From the NCBI GenBank assembly GCA_015680685.1, contig MNCI01002033.1, positions 46,772 to 110,771 on the forward strand: a DNA stretch of 64,000 bases, written 5' to 3'. A program made the position numbers and the translations under genes. Origin of the DNA: Gnetum montanum (lineage: Eukaryota; Plantae; Gnetophyta). The notes below the pieces were generated by a model that did not search any database, was not told where the DNA came from, and saw only the letters and a list, made by a program, of their open reading frames with translations. Of the stretch, positions 36,723 to 50,258 are shown piece after piece. The first letter of the stretch is position 1. The number at the start of each line of letters is the position of its first letter.

Positions 36723-39700
36723 AAATAAATGATCACAATTTCCTTATTCCTTCTATTCCACATCTTCCCTTTTCTTGTGTTCTGCTTCTTCCCTTACATA
36801 TATTGTTCTTGGATGTACTTCTATTTTACAATAATAATAATAAAATAATAGATTTTTCTTCCACTTTGGCTCATGAATTATTATTTTCTTTGATATCAAA
36901 TGTGACATCTTGTTCCTATATGTTGTAAAAACATGATCATTCATCACTTAATTCATCACATTCACCACATTCGTAAGCATTATAATGGAAACATCATAAA
37001 ATACTTACTAAATGAATCAATTGGTAAATGAATAACTAGCACTCAAAATAAAAAGAAAAAATGGAAATTTTTTTTAATGAGTATTGTAACCCCCTTTGGG
37101 TTATCTTCCCATGCTAGTTAAGCCTTCAAAGTAATATGGCACTACCACCATAGTTAGGCTATGCAATTGAAGGGGTGATTAGTCCCTTCTTGTCCAACTT
37201 CACTTAGCTCCTATCACTTGCCTTTTCAGGCTTCACAAATCCATGTCAGCATGACTTCTAAACCTGACCTTAAATAGCATAGATCAAATCCATTCCTGAG
37301 GGATACATGAATAATCATAACTCCTCATAATTCCTGAGGGATTCATTACATTGTTATAATTTTTTCCACCCTTAATAAGGGATAGGATGTTACAAGTTTG
37401 TTGGCATAAAAGTGGCTCTATTTTGTTTACCATGTTGATACACAAAAAATACCTCTTCCAAATGATTTACTTGAGGCACACCTCTTATGATTTAAGCTTT
37501 GATTAAGGCTTGTATGTTTTATAAGCTTAAATTTTCTATTCTTTTGTGCCATAACCTACTACTATTCATCTTAGAGGTAAGAGTTAGGCAATGTAACTGT
37601 TCATTAATCAAATATAAATTCTTCCCTATTTGAGTAACATAATCTTGAAAACATTTTTCAACATTTTTTAAAATACATTTTTCATCCATAAAGCATATAT
37701 TATAGCCTTCTCTTGAAAACTACCCTGACTCAACAAGTTATAGTGTAATCAATCAACAAAATAAACATTATGGACTTTAGGAATGCTATCATGAATCTTA
37801 ATTGAGCCAATACCTCTTACCATAACTTTACCTTTATCCTTGAAGCTTACTTTTCCTTTATTTAAAGGATTTAGAGAAATGAATTTTGATCTATTCTAGG
37901 TCATATGTTAAGAGTAGCTGCTATCAAGAAACCATGTCTTTAGACTGCAAGAGCTTTTTAAAGAAAGTTGTATAAGAAAAGCTCTCTCATGAATTGGTAT
38001 CCAAAATTATCATCCTATTATATTATTTCTTAAAAAGGATTTAGTAGCATGGGAAAAAAGCATAGATTTATAATATGGAAAATTCTTGATTCTGCAATCT
38101 CTAGCTCCATGTACTAGCTTTCCAAAATTATAATAATAGCCTTGAAAGAATTTAGATTTCATTGTTGGACCATACCTAATGATTGGAATTCTTGGAGTAG
38201 GAAGAATTACTTTATCTATTTGTAGTTTGATAGTCTGTGATGGTTGAGGCTATGTTTGAACATTCATCTTTTGAGCTAGGATTTTTATTAAGAACAACCT
38301 TTTTAAGGATTCAAGGTTATATCTAAGGCCTCTCTTGTCCACTTGATCATTCATTGTTAATAATGTTCTTGAGCTATTTTGAGCTTTAAGTAAACCTATT
38401 GAATAAGTTTGATGTTATTTTTATTGCTTACCTTTCATATCCTTTTTTAACAACATCTTCTTTTTCAACTTTAAGTTCTCTTATTCAACTATTTTAAGCT
38501 TTATTATATAATTTTTGATTTCTTTCTCTTTGTCCTTTAGAACTCTATCCAATTTTTCATTGGCCTTGACCACTATCTCAAATTGTTGCATTAGTCCTTC
38601 TAAATTAATATTCTCTATTTTCTTGTATTTAGTTTTAGTTGAGTTTGATCCATCTTTATCTTCACTTAGACCTATAGTTTCACTAGTGTTAGGAATATTT
38701 TGCTAACTTAGGTTAGTATACATAAAACTTAGAAAGTCATTATTAGAGTCATCATCATCAATCATAGTTGGAAAAGAAAATAAATCTTGTGTAACAATAT
38801 CACTATTATTAGTTATTATATTAGTATGAGCAAAATGAGCAAAAGAGGTTTCTTCAATATCCTCATTCCCTATGCTAATCTCTAAGTGTTCTAATTGGTC
38901 CTATATCTTAGCTAATTTAGGTTTTAACTTATCAAACTTGTACAAACTATTATATTGTTTAAATCTAGTTGCCTGACTTTTTTGATTTTCTTCATCTTGC
39001 TTCTTCTTTGATCACTTAGCAATCATATGACTTTTTTCACCACAATAATAACAAGAAAAAGATTTGGTTAGTTTCTTACTAGATTTCATTTTTTTGAGCC
39101 TCCTAAGCTTTTTGGAAAGATTTGAAATCGCCTTGTTAGAGTCTGAATTTGATGTTGATGGTTCCTCTTTTTGTGTAACTTTCTTAGCATCAACTCTAAA
39201 AGCAATTTTCTTTAGATTACTAGTTGAATGAGCTCCTCCTTTTTTGATCTTTAAAGTTAAGATAATTCTATAAGGCTCAACGAATGTTATCCTTGAGAGA
39301 TATTTTGGCACTTCTATTGAAGGACCTTATCTTCAAATCTACTAAGAAAAATATATAGGATCTTTTGGCAGATTAGGTCTTCTAAATGTGCTTCACCAAG
39401 CATAGTCATTTCACTAGCAATCTCATCTACTCATCTAAACAATTTGTTGATGCTTTAATTTTCTTCCATCTTTAAGGCATTGAACCATGCTTTCAAGATT
39501 AGCTACTTAGATTTCTTTTACTTTATCTTTGTCTTCATATATAGCTTGAAGTTGTAGCCACATTTCTCTAACTGGCTAAAGATGCATGATCTTCATGCAC
39601 ATTGCTCTATCTAAGCCACACACTAAAGCATTCATAGCCCAAGCATCAAGTAACACATTTGTTGTCCCTCTACTCATTGCCTTTCATATATCATCCCCAT

Positions 39701-39912
39701 GAGCCAGCATGTATGTGCTCATTTTAAAATTCCAAAGAGGATAATTTGAATCATCAAACCATAAAGCTTTATTGGATGAAAATTCCTAATCCTATGCCAT
39801 AGCCAAGAAAACTTAGCAACATACATTGTTAGGTCTAATAGTGTTGACTAGGCTTTGATACCTATTATTATTTTTTGGACATAGCTAAAGGAACTGAGAG
39901 GGGGAGGGGGTT

Positions 39913-39954
39913 TGATGAGTGGCGAGGTACCCCTACACTCTACCATACGAATAC
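39913..39954 (-). mobile_element. 42-bp terminus of an Athila-like LTR ending at an N, inside the copia 5' LTR
   Basis: TGATGAGTGGCGAGGTACCCCTACACTCTACCATACGAATAC matches the LTR ends at 17484 and 22915. The flanking GAGGGGGAGGGGGTT is duplicated. Confidence 0.85.
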
Positions 39955-42789
39955 NAAGAGGGGGAGGGGGTTGAATCAAGGTCTTTTAAAAAATATTGAC
40001 TTAAGTGGAGCTAAGAAGAAGATCAAAGAAAATCCCAAATAACCTCAAAATAGAAAAATAGAGTACTAATGCAAAAATGAGAAAATAGACACCATACTTT
40101 TAAGGTGGTTTAGTTACTAGATTCACCATCCTACATCCACTATAAACCTTTTCCCAGATCCTAAGGGGTAGAGTAATTTTATTAAGAAAAAAAATTACAA
40201 GGCTCCTATTACAATCCCACACTAAGCATAAATCAAGCTCACAATAATAGGAGAGATATCTACTATAGTACAATAGAAGAGGAAACACTTTGTCTTGTCT
40301 CACATAGAGACTTAAGAGTTTTCTAGTTCCTAAAGAAATAGAACATAGAGCTTTTATAGAAAGAGGAAAAAAAAAAGAGTAGGAAGAGAAATAGAAAAGA
40401 AGACTAGAAGAGAAAATTATAGTTTTAGTGTAGGGCCAAATACCAAAATCAATAAAATGATCTTAACAACTTTTATTTATAGCATCCATGTTTCTATGGC
40501 TATTTCGATAACCATTTTAGAGCTATTTCTGTAACAATATGTCACTTAGTTGAGAAAGTGAGAAAAGAGTTATGTTGTAGCCATTATCTGCCTACTTATT
40601 GAGAAGTAGTGAAGGAGCACTCCAATGCCTATTACATCTAAGCTTTCATTATAGTTTCTGGTTGAGCTTTAGGTGATCTTTAAAACTAAAATAGAGGAAG
40701 AAACCATTCATTTCAAAATTTCGATCCAAAATGACTATTCCCATAAGCAGAGGCATCTTTGTTTTAATTGGATTTCGAGCTTCACCAAATTCCTTTGGTT
40801 GCATTGATGGGTTTTAGATTTCCTTTGCATGTGAATCTCTTTTCATTCATTTTATGGACATAGCTTCCTAAAGATTCTAATTCAAATTTATCTTCCCTTT
40901 ATTTAACAGAGAGCTTTTTTTTTCAGCATTTTTCTTAGTTGATGTGGTCAAGTGGAGTAAAGGATTTGGAAGCTTCCCATAATTTAGATCAAGCTTTTCA
41001 TTTTAGCTCATGTGTTGTTGTGGAAGTTTTGTTGGAAGAGCTTAATTACAATAAAAAAACTATTTTATTTTCTTCATGCCTTTATCATGGATTGATGTGG
41101 TAGAGATAGGTATTTTGATGAGCTTATTTTACCTAGATGAGATCTTAGTAGCTCTAGATGTAGATGTGGATTAGCATAAATAGGTAGGATGACATGGAAG
41201 AGTGCCTTTGTGAGGTATGAAAATAGTGGATCAGTGTTAGGCTAATGTGGAAGAGCACCTTTGTGAGGTGAGAAAATGGTTCCATGAGTTGATCCTTTAA
41301 GCTAAGTTGGATTAAAATTCATAAAGCACATGTCCTTAAGGAGGAAACTTATATTGGCCTCACAATGTTGGTGTATTGAAGTAATAAAGTTAATTGAGCT
41401 TTTGTGATAATTGGCTAATGTGGTAGAGTTGGGTAAATAGATGAGTTTACTTCATTTATATGAAATCATCATCACTATAAACACTAATAAAAATACAAAA
41501 CAATTCAAAGCTAATCTAGAGAGTGCATCTAGATGCGAAAGTGGCTCCATATAAGGCTTCTTAAATTAAGAGCTCAAAACAATGAAATGAAAAAAAGAAG
41601 AAAAAAATCAACAACTCAATCCAAGAAATGAACACAACCAAGGTCAAAGCATGAACAACTTGACATGCAACATGTTGTACCTTCTTCATATTTTGGCTTT
41701 GACGATGCTCACTTGCATGAAGAACACCTCCCCTTCTACATTCTAACTTTCCATGTTAATGGTGATGCCATGGCTCAACAAATTATTCTTTCCAAGTTCC
41801 ATGTTGAGACACCATTGCCAACTTCCTTTTCAAGAATGCTCTTGTTTGTCATTTTTGAACTTTAGTAATTGGTGCATTAGGTTTCAATGCAAGGGTGGAA
41901 TTTTAGGTTAGCCACTTAGGTCTGTGTCAGTAGCTCCAATAAGAAAGAACTTCTTTAGCACTAATATGCTTTCACCAAAGATTGTATTAGTGCAAGGACA
42001 AGAAAGATAACTACACATTAGAAGCCATTTTGAAGGAAGAAACTAAAAGAAAGTGTAAAGTCCCTACAAGATTAAGGTATTGGGAATCAATTTCATTCCC
42101 TTCATGTTAATTTATACATGTGATTTTTCCATAATCATGTGCCTTAGTACACAAGGTGGTAAGCTATCATGTATCTGTGGTGTTAGTTAGGATGATGGTG
42201 GCTAGTAGTCATATCCATTTTACATGGATGATGAGTGTATCATGTTGGGATTCACAATTTTCCCAACAATGTAAACCAAAAATATATTGGGACATGATTG
42301 GAAGTGCAGAGAAGATTCAAATGTTATGCATATATTTTAAAATATTATTAAAATATATTATTTTAATGCACATACACTCATTTCTTGACCATGTCTTCAA
42401 AATCCAATCAAATCTTTCAAAATTATTTTAAAACATATATTTATGTTTTGATGTCTTAGAAGCAGTATTATGAAAACATAAGGTTACAAATTCCATTTGT
42501 CTCCATGTTTTAAGTGATATTTAAGGCACCTAACCTAGTACTAGCATATTATAAACACTTAGTAATACCAAATTATTATAAGCTTAAACATAGATTAAAA
42601 TTTGAGTTGCATTATTTCTGGTGTATGATCTTCATACTAGGCTTTCCTACTAATTATGATAGGGTATTAGGTTACAAAGTAAGCACTTTTTATAAAATTT
42701 TAATTGAATTTTCACTTTTGAGTTTCATTTTTATAACCAAATATTCATACATTTTTTTGTTGTAAAAAAATATTCATGACTTTGAAAAG

Positions 42790-43080
42790 TCATCATCATC
42801 ATCATCCTAGACTTATCCCAGCAAAAATAGGTTCAGCTACATGGGTTATTTTTCATCATTTTCCTCTATGAAGAGCTACATATTTATTTATTTTTAGTTT
42901 CATTAAATCATTTTTTATTATTGTTTTCCATGTATTGTTTGGTCTTCCTTTTGGTGGCCTTTCTGGAACAATGATGCAACAACCTTTAGTTATAGGCTCA
43001 TTGTCTTCTATTCTTTGCACATATCCAAATGATCTAAGAGTCCATTCTTGTAGCTTATCTAACTTTGAAAAGTATCCATA
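42790..43080 (-). mobile_element. RTE-clade LINE 3' remnant
   Basis: DKLQEWTLRSFGYVQR...RPPKGRPNNTWKTIIKNDL followed by a (GAT)n tail. Confidence 0.85.
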
Positions 43081-43699
43081 GAAATTAGAGTTGCTCTTTC
43101 CCAAAAAAAAAGGAATACTTTTTAAAATTTTAATGTTGTTATTAAAAAATTCATAAAAAAAAATTCTTTGTAAAATTTTCATCAATTTCAATGGTATAAA
43201 GTAACACATGAAATACCATTCCCAAAAATACATGTAACATATGGGTGAGGCCTCTCTCTACATGTAAACTAAAACTAAAATTTTATTACGTCTATAGACT
43301 CTTTGGATTTATTGGAGAGTAGAAATGTACATGGTATGAGTATTGAAAATATCATTAAGAAAATTATCAAGAATTCGTGGTAATATTTTGAATAAATCAA
43401 CTAAATTTGCAATTTAATATTATATTTATGTGTAATATGCAAAAATGTAAGACAATGTAGGAAAATATAGTATTCATCTTTAATGCTATTTGTACTTTAA
43501 AGTTGGAGTATTTGTTCTTTATGAGTAATTTCAACTCTTAGACAATGAGATCATATTTATGCTATTTTAATTATGCATTGCAAATGATAAGAAATAGTAG
43601 CAAATAAATATTTTTCCTTTGAATTTAGGCCTCTCTAATCCTATTCAAATAGAAATGCTTTTTCTCTTCTACATTTTCCTAAATTTTTTGAAATACTAA

Positions 43700-46600
43700 A
43701 TTTTTTTTTTTATTAATTTGTGAGGTTGCTTAAGATCAGAATAAAAAATGTACTCTTCAATATTCCATTTATTAAGATATAGAACTAGTTGGGCTTTTTA
43801 GTCTAGTTTTGTTCTACATGATTGAAGTTTGCAATGACAAAGGATTTTTTGAGGATACTCATCTTCTAACAGGTAGTCATAAGACTTTGTTTCTTCCACC
43901 TTGTTCCTAGAAATAAGAGGCAATACAATACACATCACAATTAAAGATGAAGTTTATTCATAGGGAAAGAAGAAATTTTGGAAAAAGTTTCTAACTAGAT
44001 CAAGATCCTTAACTATCCAATGAAGTTTTGAAAAATAAGCTTACTTTAAATAGGTTGTGGAATGGTTTGAAAAGCTTATTAAATTGGACCGTATTACTAC
44101 AAGTATGTCAAGAGTAGTTATAACTAGGTTCTACATGTGGATGCCCTTACAGAGGACAAATGAAGTGAACTAAATTGAATTTAAGAGTAAATATGGAATA
44201 CTAACTTTAAGGGTTGAATATAAAAATCTACAAGGAAAATGCTCTGTATGTGAAAAAATAATACACAAAGACTGGGCTTGTACCCTAGGTTCCAAAACCT
44301 ACTCATATTGTGGAAAGTAGAAACATCCTATTAGCTCATGTAGAGTAAGTCAAATTCAACTAGAATCTAGAATTATAAGGTAAGGCCATTGATATGCCTA
44401 CCTATTCCTTTTGTGAAAGGTGCAAGCATATTACTGAAATTTTCTAGATCATGAACATAAAGGAAGGAATAATACTATACATATGCCATAGAATCAAAGC
44501 TAGAACAAGATAGAAGAGATTGATAACAATAAAAAACATGCATCACTATTAAAGAAAAGGTGCACACTAAGAAGAATTAGCATGTAGAGGAGAGTAGTAT
44601 AAAAGACCACATGGAAATATTCACCCCATAATCACCAGAATTAAAAGAAGTGAAAGCATAACTAGCTCTTGAATAAATCATTTTTTAGCTAAAAAAAAGT
44701 CTTATCCTTCCTCAAACTCCATGAAGTCATTAGATCTTCACTAGGGGTTGCATGAAGCTTGATGACTATTGACAAGTAGCCACAATAAACTAAAAGTGGG
44801 TCTATATCTATACAAATAAGGTTGGGAAGCCTAACATACAAACCTAGTGAACTATAGAAACATTATATTCTAGTTCCAAAAAAAGATGAAGAGACCACCA
44901 ATAATCTTAAAGGAACTAAGCATGGACTTAGATGCCATTAATCAGGAAATAAGAAGTAGACAAACTAGAAATTACATATCTTAAAAAAATAGAAGATCAA
45001 CATAGGATGATTATTATTGTGGTCATAGATTTAAGGTCATGGCATAAAGTTGATTATGTCTTATTGTAAAAATTGAAGTTGAAGGAAACAAAGAATAAAA
45101 AATTATTTGGGAAAGATTGGAATAATCCAATGGTGGAGGGCTTGGGAAGAAGAAGGGGCCTTCCAATCCTCTCCCAAAGATCATTCTTGGTGATGAAGAT
45201 GGTTACAATTTCATTTTGATAAAGGATAGGATGGCTTTGTTTATGTTGGTGAACTTTAATGACCAATAGAACCTAAGGGAAAGAATTAATACAATACAAC
45301 AAATTAAGTTTGATTTCTTTGCAGATGGCCTAATGGTCATGATGAGGAACTTTAACCAGATAAGATTCTTATTAGAAAATAGTGGAAATAAGGCCTAGAA
45401 AGGTAGGAACATGAACACATTTCAAAAGAAATGTTGAGGTAGTAGGAATAACTAATAAAACTTAGCAATGGATCATTGAAGGAGTCTAGAATAGTGCAAC
45501 TCATGTAAGAATAAGGATAGTAGTTAATCTAAGAGCATTTTAAGTATTACATGTTTCCATGATGCAAAAGGAGATGTACTACTAGAGGAAGAGCAATACT
45601 AATGAAATATAAGAATTCTTACGCAACTCATGTAAGAATAAGGATAGTAGTTAATCTAAGAGCATTTTAAGTATTACATGATTCCATGATGCAAAAGGAG
45701 ATGTACTACTAGAGGAAGAGCAATACTAATGAAATATAAGAATTCTTACAAGTCTAGAATAGCTAAATTTGAAATGATAGTAAGCCTAAAGATAATGTTA
45801 TGATTTATTAGAACTAAAAATAATACTCATTATAGACTATCTGCTATAGCTTATAGTAAGTACTAATCTATTAATTAAATTAATGTGATTGTTCATTGTC
45901 AGAGGATTCATAAGTAGTTAATTAAGTGAAGTTTACATTCCTCATAACTATAAAAATATTATAACATAATTATCATAAAAAACTAAGCCATGATTTTAAT
46001 TATTACTCATTAGATTCTAGTATATTAAGTTACCTACATAAGAAGGTATGAGAAAGTGTAAAATATAACTCCAAAAACATGTTTTGCTACACACTTTTAG
46101 CTTATCATCGTTCCCATGTATGGTTTTGATCATAGGCCTTTGTTATTATCTTTGGGGCACCTACATGAATATCAAGGCATCATTTAAGTTTGAATAATAT
46201 TATCTAGATAGGAAAATACTGGAGGATACTATTAAGGATTTATGGTAGGATTATGTATAGGGCCTGACTAGGCATACTAGTTGAAACATAGACTCAATGC
46301 CCTTAAAATGATCCTTAAGAATAGGTCAATCATATCTAGAAATCAATTTCGTATTCAAACAAATCAATTAATGGAAAAAATATAAAGGATACAATGGGGA
46401 CAAAATGAGTGAAAAAATTTGGAGGAGAAAATAAGCTTTCTTCAAAATATATAAAATATTTATGATGTTAAGGAAGTGTATTGGAAATGACTGAAGAATG
46501 GGAATAAACTTACAAAATTCCTTTTATAAATGGCTAATAAACAAATGAAAGCTAATAAAATTTAATAATTACAAATAAATGAGAGGAATTATTTTAATAA

Positions 46601-49455
46601 AGTAAAAATTCATCAAAGCCTCCTTAATATTTTTTTTGACAGATGAACAACACAAGCCATGGAACATATTACTATGGACACTATGCATAAAGTCACAAAT
46701 GAACATAATGCTACATTGTTATGAAGGATTTATAAGGAGGTATGGTTGCTATAACATTTATGCAAAATAATAAAGTACAGGGGCTAGATTAGTGGATAGT
46801 TAAATTTTTTAGAAAGGTTTTTTCACATTCTTGATGATAATATTATTGATATTTCTTGGCAAATAATGCAATGTGTAAGGTTTTTCTCATTTCAAAAAAG
46901 GAATATGCTATACATATAAAGAATTACATACTCATATGTATTTGTAATGTTATTTATAGTATATTGGAAAACATTATAATGAGGATATTGGCCAAAATTC
47001 TTCTTGAAATCATCTTGAAGATATATGTGGGGTTTGTACAAGGTAGATACATACAATAGCATATTGCTATCAATCATGAGCTTATGTATACATGTAAAAG
47101 ATATAAATTTCCAATCATGTTTATTAACTTGGATATTGCCATGATGTATAATTTTATCAAGTATAAGGCACTTAAAATAATTTTGTTAAGAAAAGGATTT
47201 GACTTAAATTTTCTGATGCTATGTTTAAATCTACAAAACATAGCTAGATTATCCATTCTATATGAAGAGGGGTTAACTGATTTTTTTTATGCTTCCTAGT
47301 ATCTTTGACAGTCACAAAATTTACAAAAGATATTTTAATTTTTGATTGTGCTCTAGGGGTAGACTATTCTATGTACATGGGGGTTTCAATCTAAAATTAG
47401 GTGAGGGTATTCACATGGATAGAATGGATTTCCAAAGGTGATAGAAGAATTTTTGCATGAAACAATTCCTTTCTTATCACCATGAGTAGGACTAGACTTA
47501 TTTTAATAGTCATTTAATAAAAATATCTATTACATAATGATAGTGGTAGCCTCCCTCTATTAATTAGGAATTTGATTAATCATATTATGAGGTCCTTCCT
47601 TTGATAATATGGCGAAAAAAGGTAAATATTGCATCTAGCATTAGATGTGACATTTATTGCTTGATCAACACTTATTGAGAAATTCTTAGAAAACCCCAAT
47701 GGCAATTGGGTTTAAGTGATTCAAACCTTGTAAAAGCATTAATTACATGTGATTAAGAATTGAAAAGATAAATTTGCTTTCATAAATATGATTTGCATGA
47801 TATCTCATCTATTGACAACTCTTAATTATATACCATCATTTTTTGCTACGATCTTCATAAGGCATTTATTCCCTTCCAATAAAATCTACTCTAGAATTTG
47901 GCTAGATATCTTACATGAAAAAATAAATTGTTTTTTATGGTAGGTGATACACTATATTCCTCCATTAAAACAATTTATCACAAGACATGGTTTTAATATG
48001 TTACTTGATTTTAATGTGACATGCCCTACATGAGCATGTAGTCAATATCTTTCATAAATGTGACTACATGTGATAAGTTTATAAGGTATTGGCCACAAAG
48101 GATATTCATTATATCTTCTTACTTTTGTTGTTAGCTACCTAATAGATGCATATAACTCTAGTTGCTACATGAAACATATGAAAGTACTAATGTAGAGTTT
48201 TTCTTCAACCTACTTCTCTAGAATGTTTAACTATATTGATCACAAAATCTAATAGGTTATTCTACAAAATTCAATCCATGATAGGAAAAATTAAAACCAT
48301 TGAGCCAAATTTTACTAGTAGATATGAAGCTAATCCTAAGTTATGAAGGATTATTTGACAACTTGGTTAGGAGCCACTATTATGAAATCTCAAAGGGAAC
48401 ATTCATGCTAGATTGACAACATTCTTCAAATATTGGTGTAAGGATTCTACCCTCCTTAGAGGAACCCAAATTAGATTCACATAGGAAAATATTGTATACC
48501 TATTGCATTTAATAATGATGGATAAATCTTTTTTTGATCATTATAATGTGTATTACATGATGATGTTCTTCCCAAAGGATATTCTAAGGACCACATTTGG
48601 CCATATTCTATAGTCTGCTCTTTCCTGAACTTGAAGTTTGATTATCAATTTGGTAGAGTGCTTCTTCATCTAGATAGATGTGGTTTCAAATATTTCAAGT
48701 AAAGACTATTTTTCTTAAGGCTTTAAAGTAGCAACACCTAATCAACATTCCACATTACTTTCTAGACGAACTTCACTAAAAAGACCTTCGCCAATACTAT
48801 GGGCTCATGCTTGTGTTGTGGTAGGATGCATGTGCTTACACAACATAACTCTTGATGGATTTGGTTCTAGTCTTGGCTTCCTTGATATTAGGTGAAGGAG
48901 CAAATATTTATGACCAACCTCACCTCCTTCATTGATTTATGCATTATCATTGATTCAACTTTGTCCTTTATGGAGGACTTGACAACTCCATTTAAGGTCA
49001 ATCACCAAGTACCATAATGTTGATTCTTCAAAAGATCATTACATAAACATGCAAAAAAAATGGTCAGCATATTTTGGGTTATGAAATGGTTTCCCATAAT
49101 AATTCTTTGAGAGGATGGATTTCCTTATGCATCATTCAAAGGTAGAGCAAGAATAGCTTATGGAGAAAATCCTTCCTTCTCTAGAGGTACAATGTTTTAG
49201 CTTCACTAAAGGAACAACCTATTGATTCTTTTGAAGATTTCATCATGTTTTCCCTCTCTTCCTACATAGTAAAACTTCCTCTAGCCAACATTTTTTAGTC
49301 AACATTGATCTCTACCAGAGTTGTTGTATTGCTAGTTGATCCTTGGTAGCCTCTCCTATGAGGCAAAAAAACACATAGTTTAAAACTCAACAACCTAATT
49401 CATCTTCTTCTAAGCATGATACCTCTCCCTCATTCATTTTTTAATAAATCCAAAA
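43700..49455 (+). mobile_element. Heavily decayed L1-clade LINE
   Basis: ORF1-like CxxCxxxxHxxxxC knuckles at 44240-44345. Endonuclease-like VMMRNFNQ at ~45340. RT-like pieces GNKLTKF, ICICNVIYSILE, VGFVQGRYI and MFINLDIA. zf-RVT-like region at ~47900-48080. Boundaries approximate. Confidence 0.7.
45496..45749 (+). repeat. Near-identical 127-bp tandem duplication flanked by a 12-bp direct repeat
   Basis: Units start at 45496 and 45623 and differ by 1 nt. AGTCTAGAATAG occurs at 45483 and 45751. Confidence 0.9.
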
Positions 49456-49477
49456 ATTCTCCCTTCCTTTCAACACC

Positions 49478-50258
49478 TAATGAGTCATCATAGTTGGGCC
49501 ACATCAATGCAATCCTATTGATGGGATCTCATCGATGTGATTTTGTTAATGTAGGGTTTGACACGTTGATGCATACCCATCAATGTGGCACCATGTCTTC
49601 ACCTATAAATGTGCACCTATGCACCTTATTTATGGCAATCTTTTCATAGTTGTAGAAAAGCTCTTGTAGTTTTTTCCTTTGAAATTTAGAATATTTTTTA
49701 AATGCCCACATTAGGATTCCAAGAAGTATACACATCTTTATTGAAGCATTGATGTACTTAAGCATCTCAGTGTGAATGATAATAAAGATAAGATTTTCTA
49801 ATAAAACTTTGTAGCACTTGGAATAGATTAATGTTTTCTTTATGCATTTAATATTCATGTAATTTAATTTAATGTTTCTAAGTAAGTAATTAATATTGAT
49901 TAAATAGTAAACATAAGTATGACCACTTAGAGGATACGTTTAATGATTGTTAATCCCAATAGCGCTTAACTCTTGGTAACCTAGTGGCACTATAACATGT
50001 TTAGGATGTGTATCGAAAGTGGGAACAGATACTTATGTTAGAATTAATTAAATATTAACTAGTTATTAGATTCATTAAGCATTCAATTAATTTATTCTTG
50101 TTCTTAGATGACTTAATTCACAAAAGATAAAATGATAAAAATCATGTGCCTCAATTACACTTAGCCATATACTTGCACTTCACAAGTGGAACTAAGAAGA
50201 CAATGATTCCAATAGTTAGATTCACCCCCTAGAAACCAATTGTTGTGACTGAAAACCT
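49478..50258 (+). mobile_element. Athila-like LTR, truncated by a later insertion
   Basis: Colinear with the LTR at 7697-8490 (ATCGATG-type array, CTATAAAT, CATAAGTATGACCACTT, CTTCACAAGTG). Similarity stops at ~50258. Confidence 0.82.

Larger units (their letters stand above)
27800..37394 (-). mobile_element. Chromoviral (Tekay/Del-like) Ty3/gypsy retrotransposon inserted in the copia integrase
   Basis: LTRs of ~500 bp at 27800-28304 and 36901-37394 (TGTGAC...GTTACA). TSD AGGTT/AGTTT. iMet-like PBS at ~36888-36899. PPT at 28305-28320. RT MSFGLTNAPATF...FMDDIL, integrase WKWKDITIDFIVGL...VVDHLSKMAHF, GPY/F region (IHLVFHVS), chromodomain-like VQWSN...TWE at ~28560, and gag at 32000-32900. Confidence 0.93.
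16909..41672 (-). mobile_element. SIRE/Maximus-like Ty1/copia retrotransposon, degenerate, with nested insertions
   Basis: LTRs of ~1.8 kb at 16909-25006 (split by an insertion) and ~39865-41672. TSD TGTTA/TGTTG. tRNA-iMet-like PBS at ~39851-39863. PPT AAAAAGGGAAAGAT. Remnants of the gag Zn knuckle (CYYCGEKSH, ~39030), protease (WFLDS, ~37930), integrase (27500-27790, 37400-37560) and RT/RNaseH (26250-27480, YRSIVGSLHY...SRPNIAF). Confidence 0.88.
15284..42268 (-). mobile_element. Small non-autonomous copia-like LTR element (gag only), outermost member of nest 1
   Basis: LTRs at 15284-15604 and ~41965-42268 both end CCCAACA. PPT TTGAGGGGGATGAT (-) at 15605-15618. Flanked by ATGT on both sides. 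Its own internal sequence is only ~1.6 kb (15605-16908 plus 41678-41960). Confidence 0.72.
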
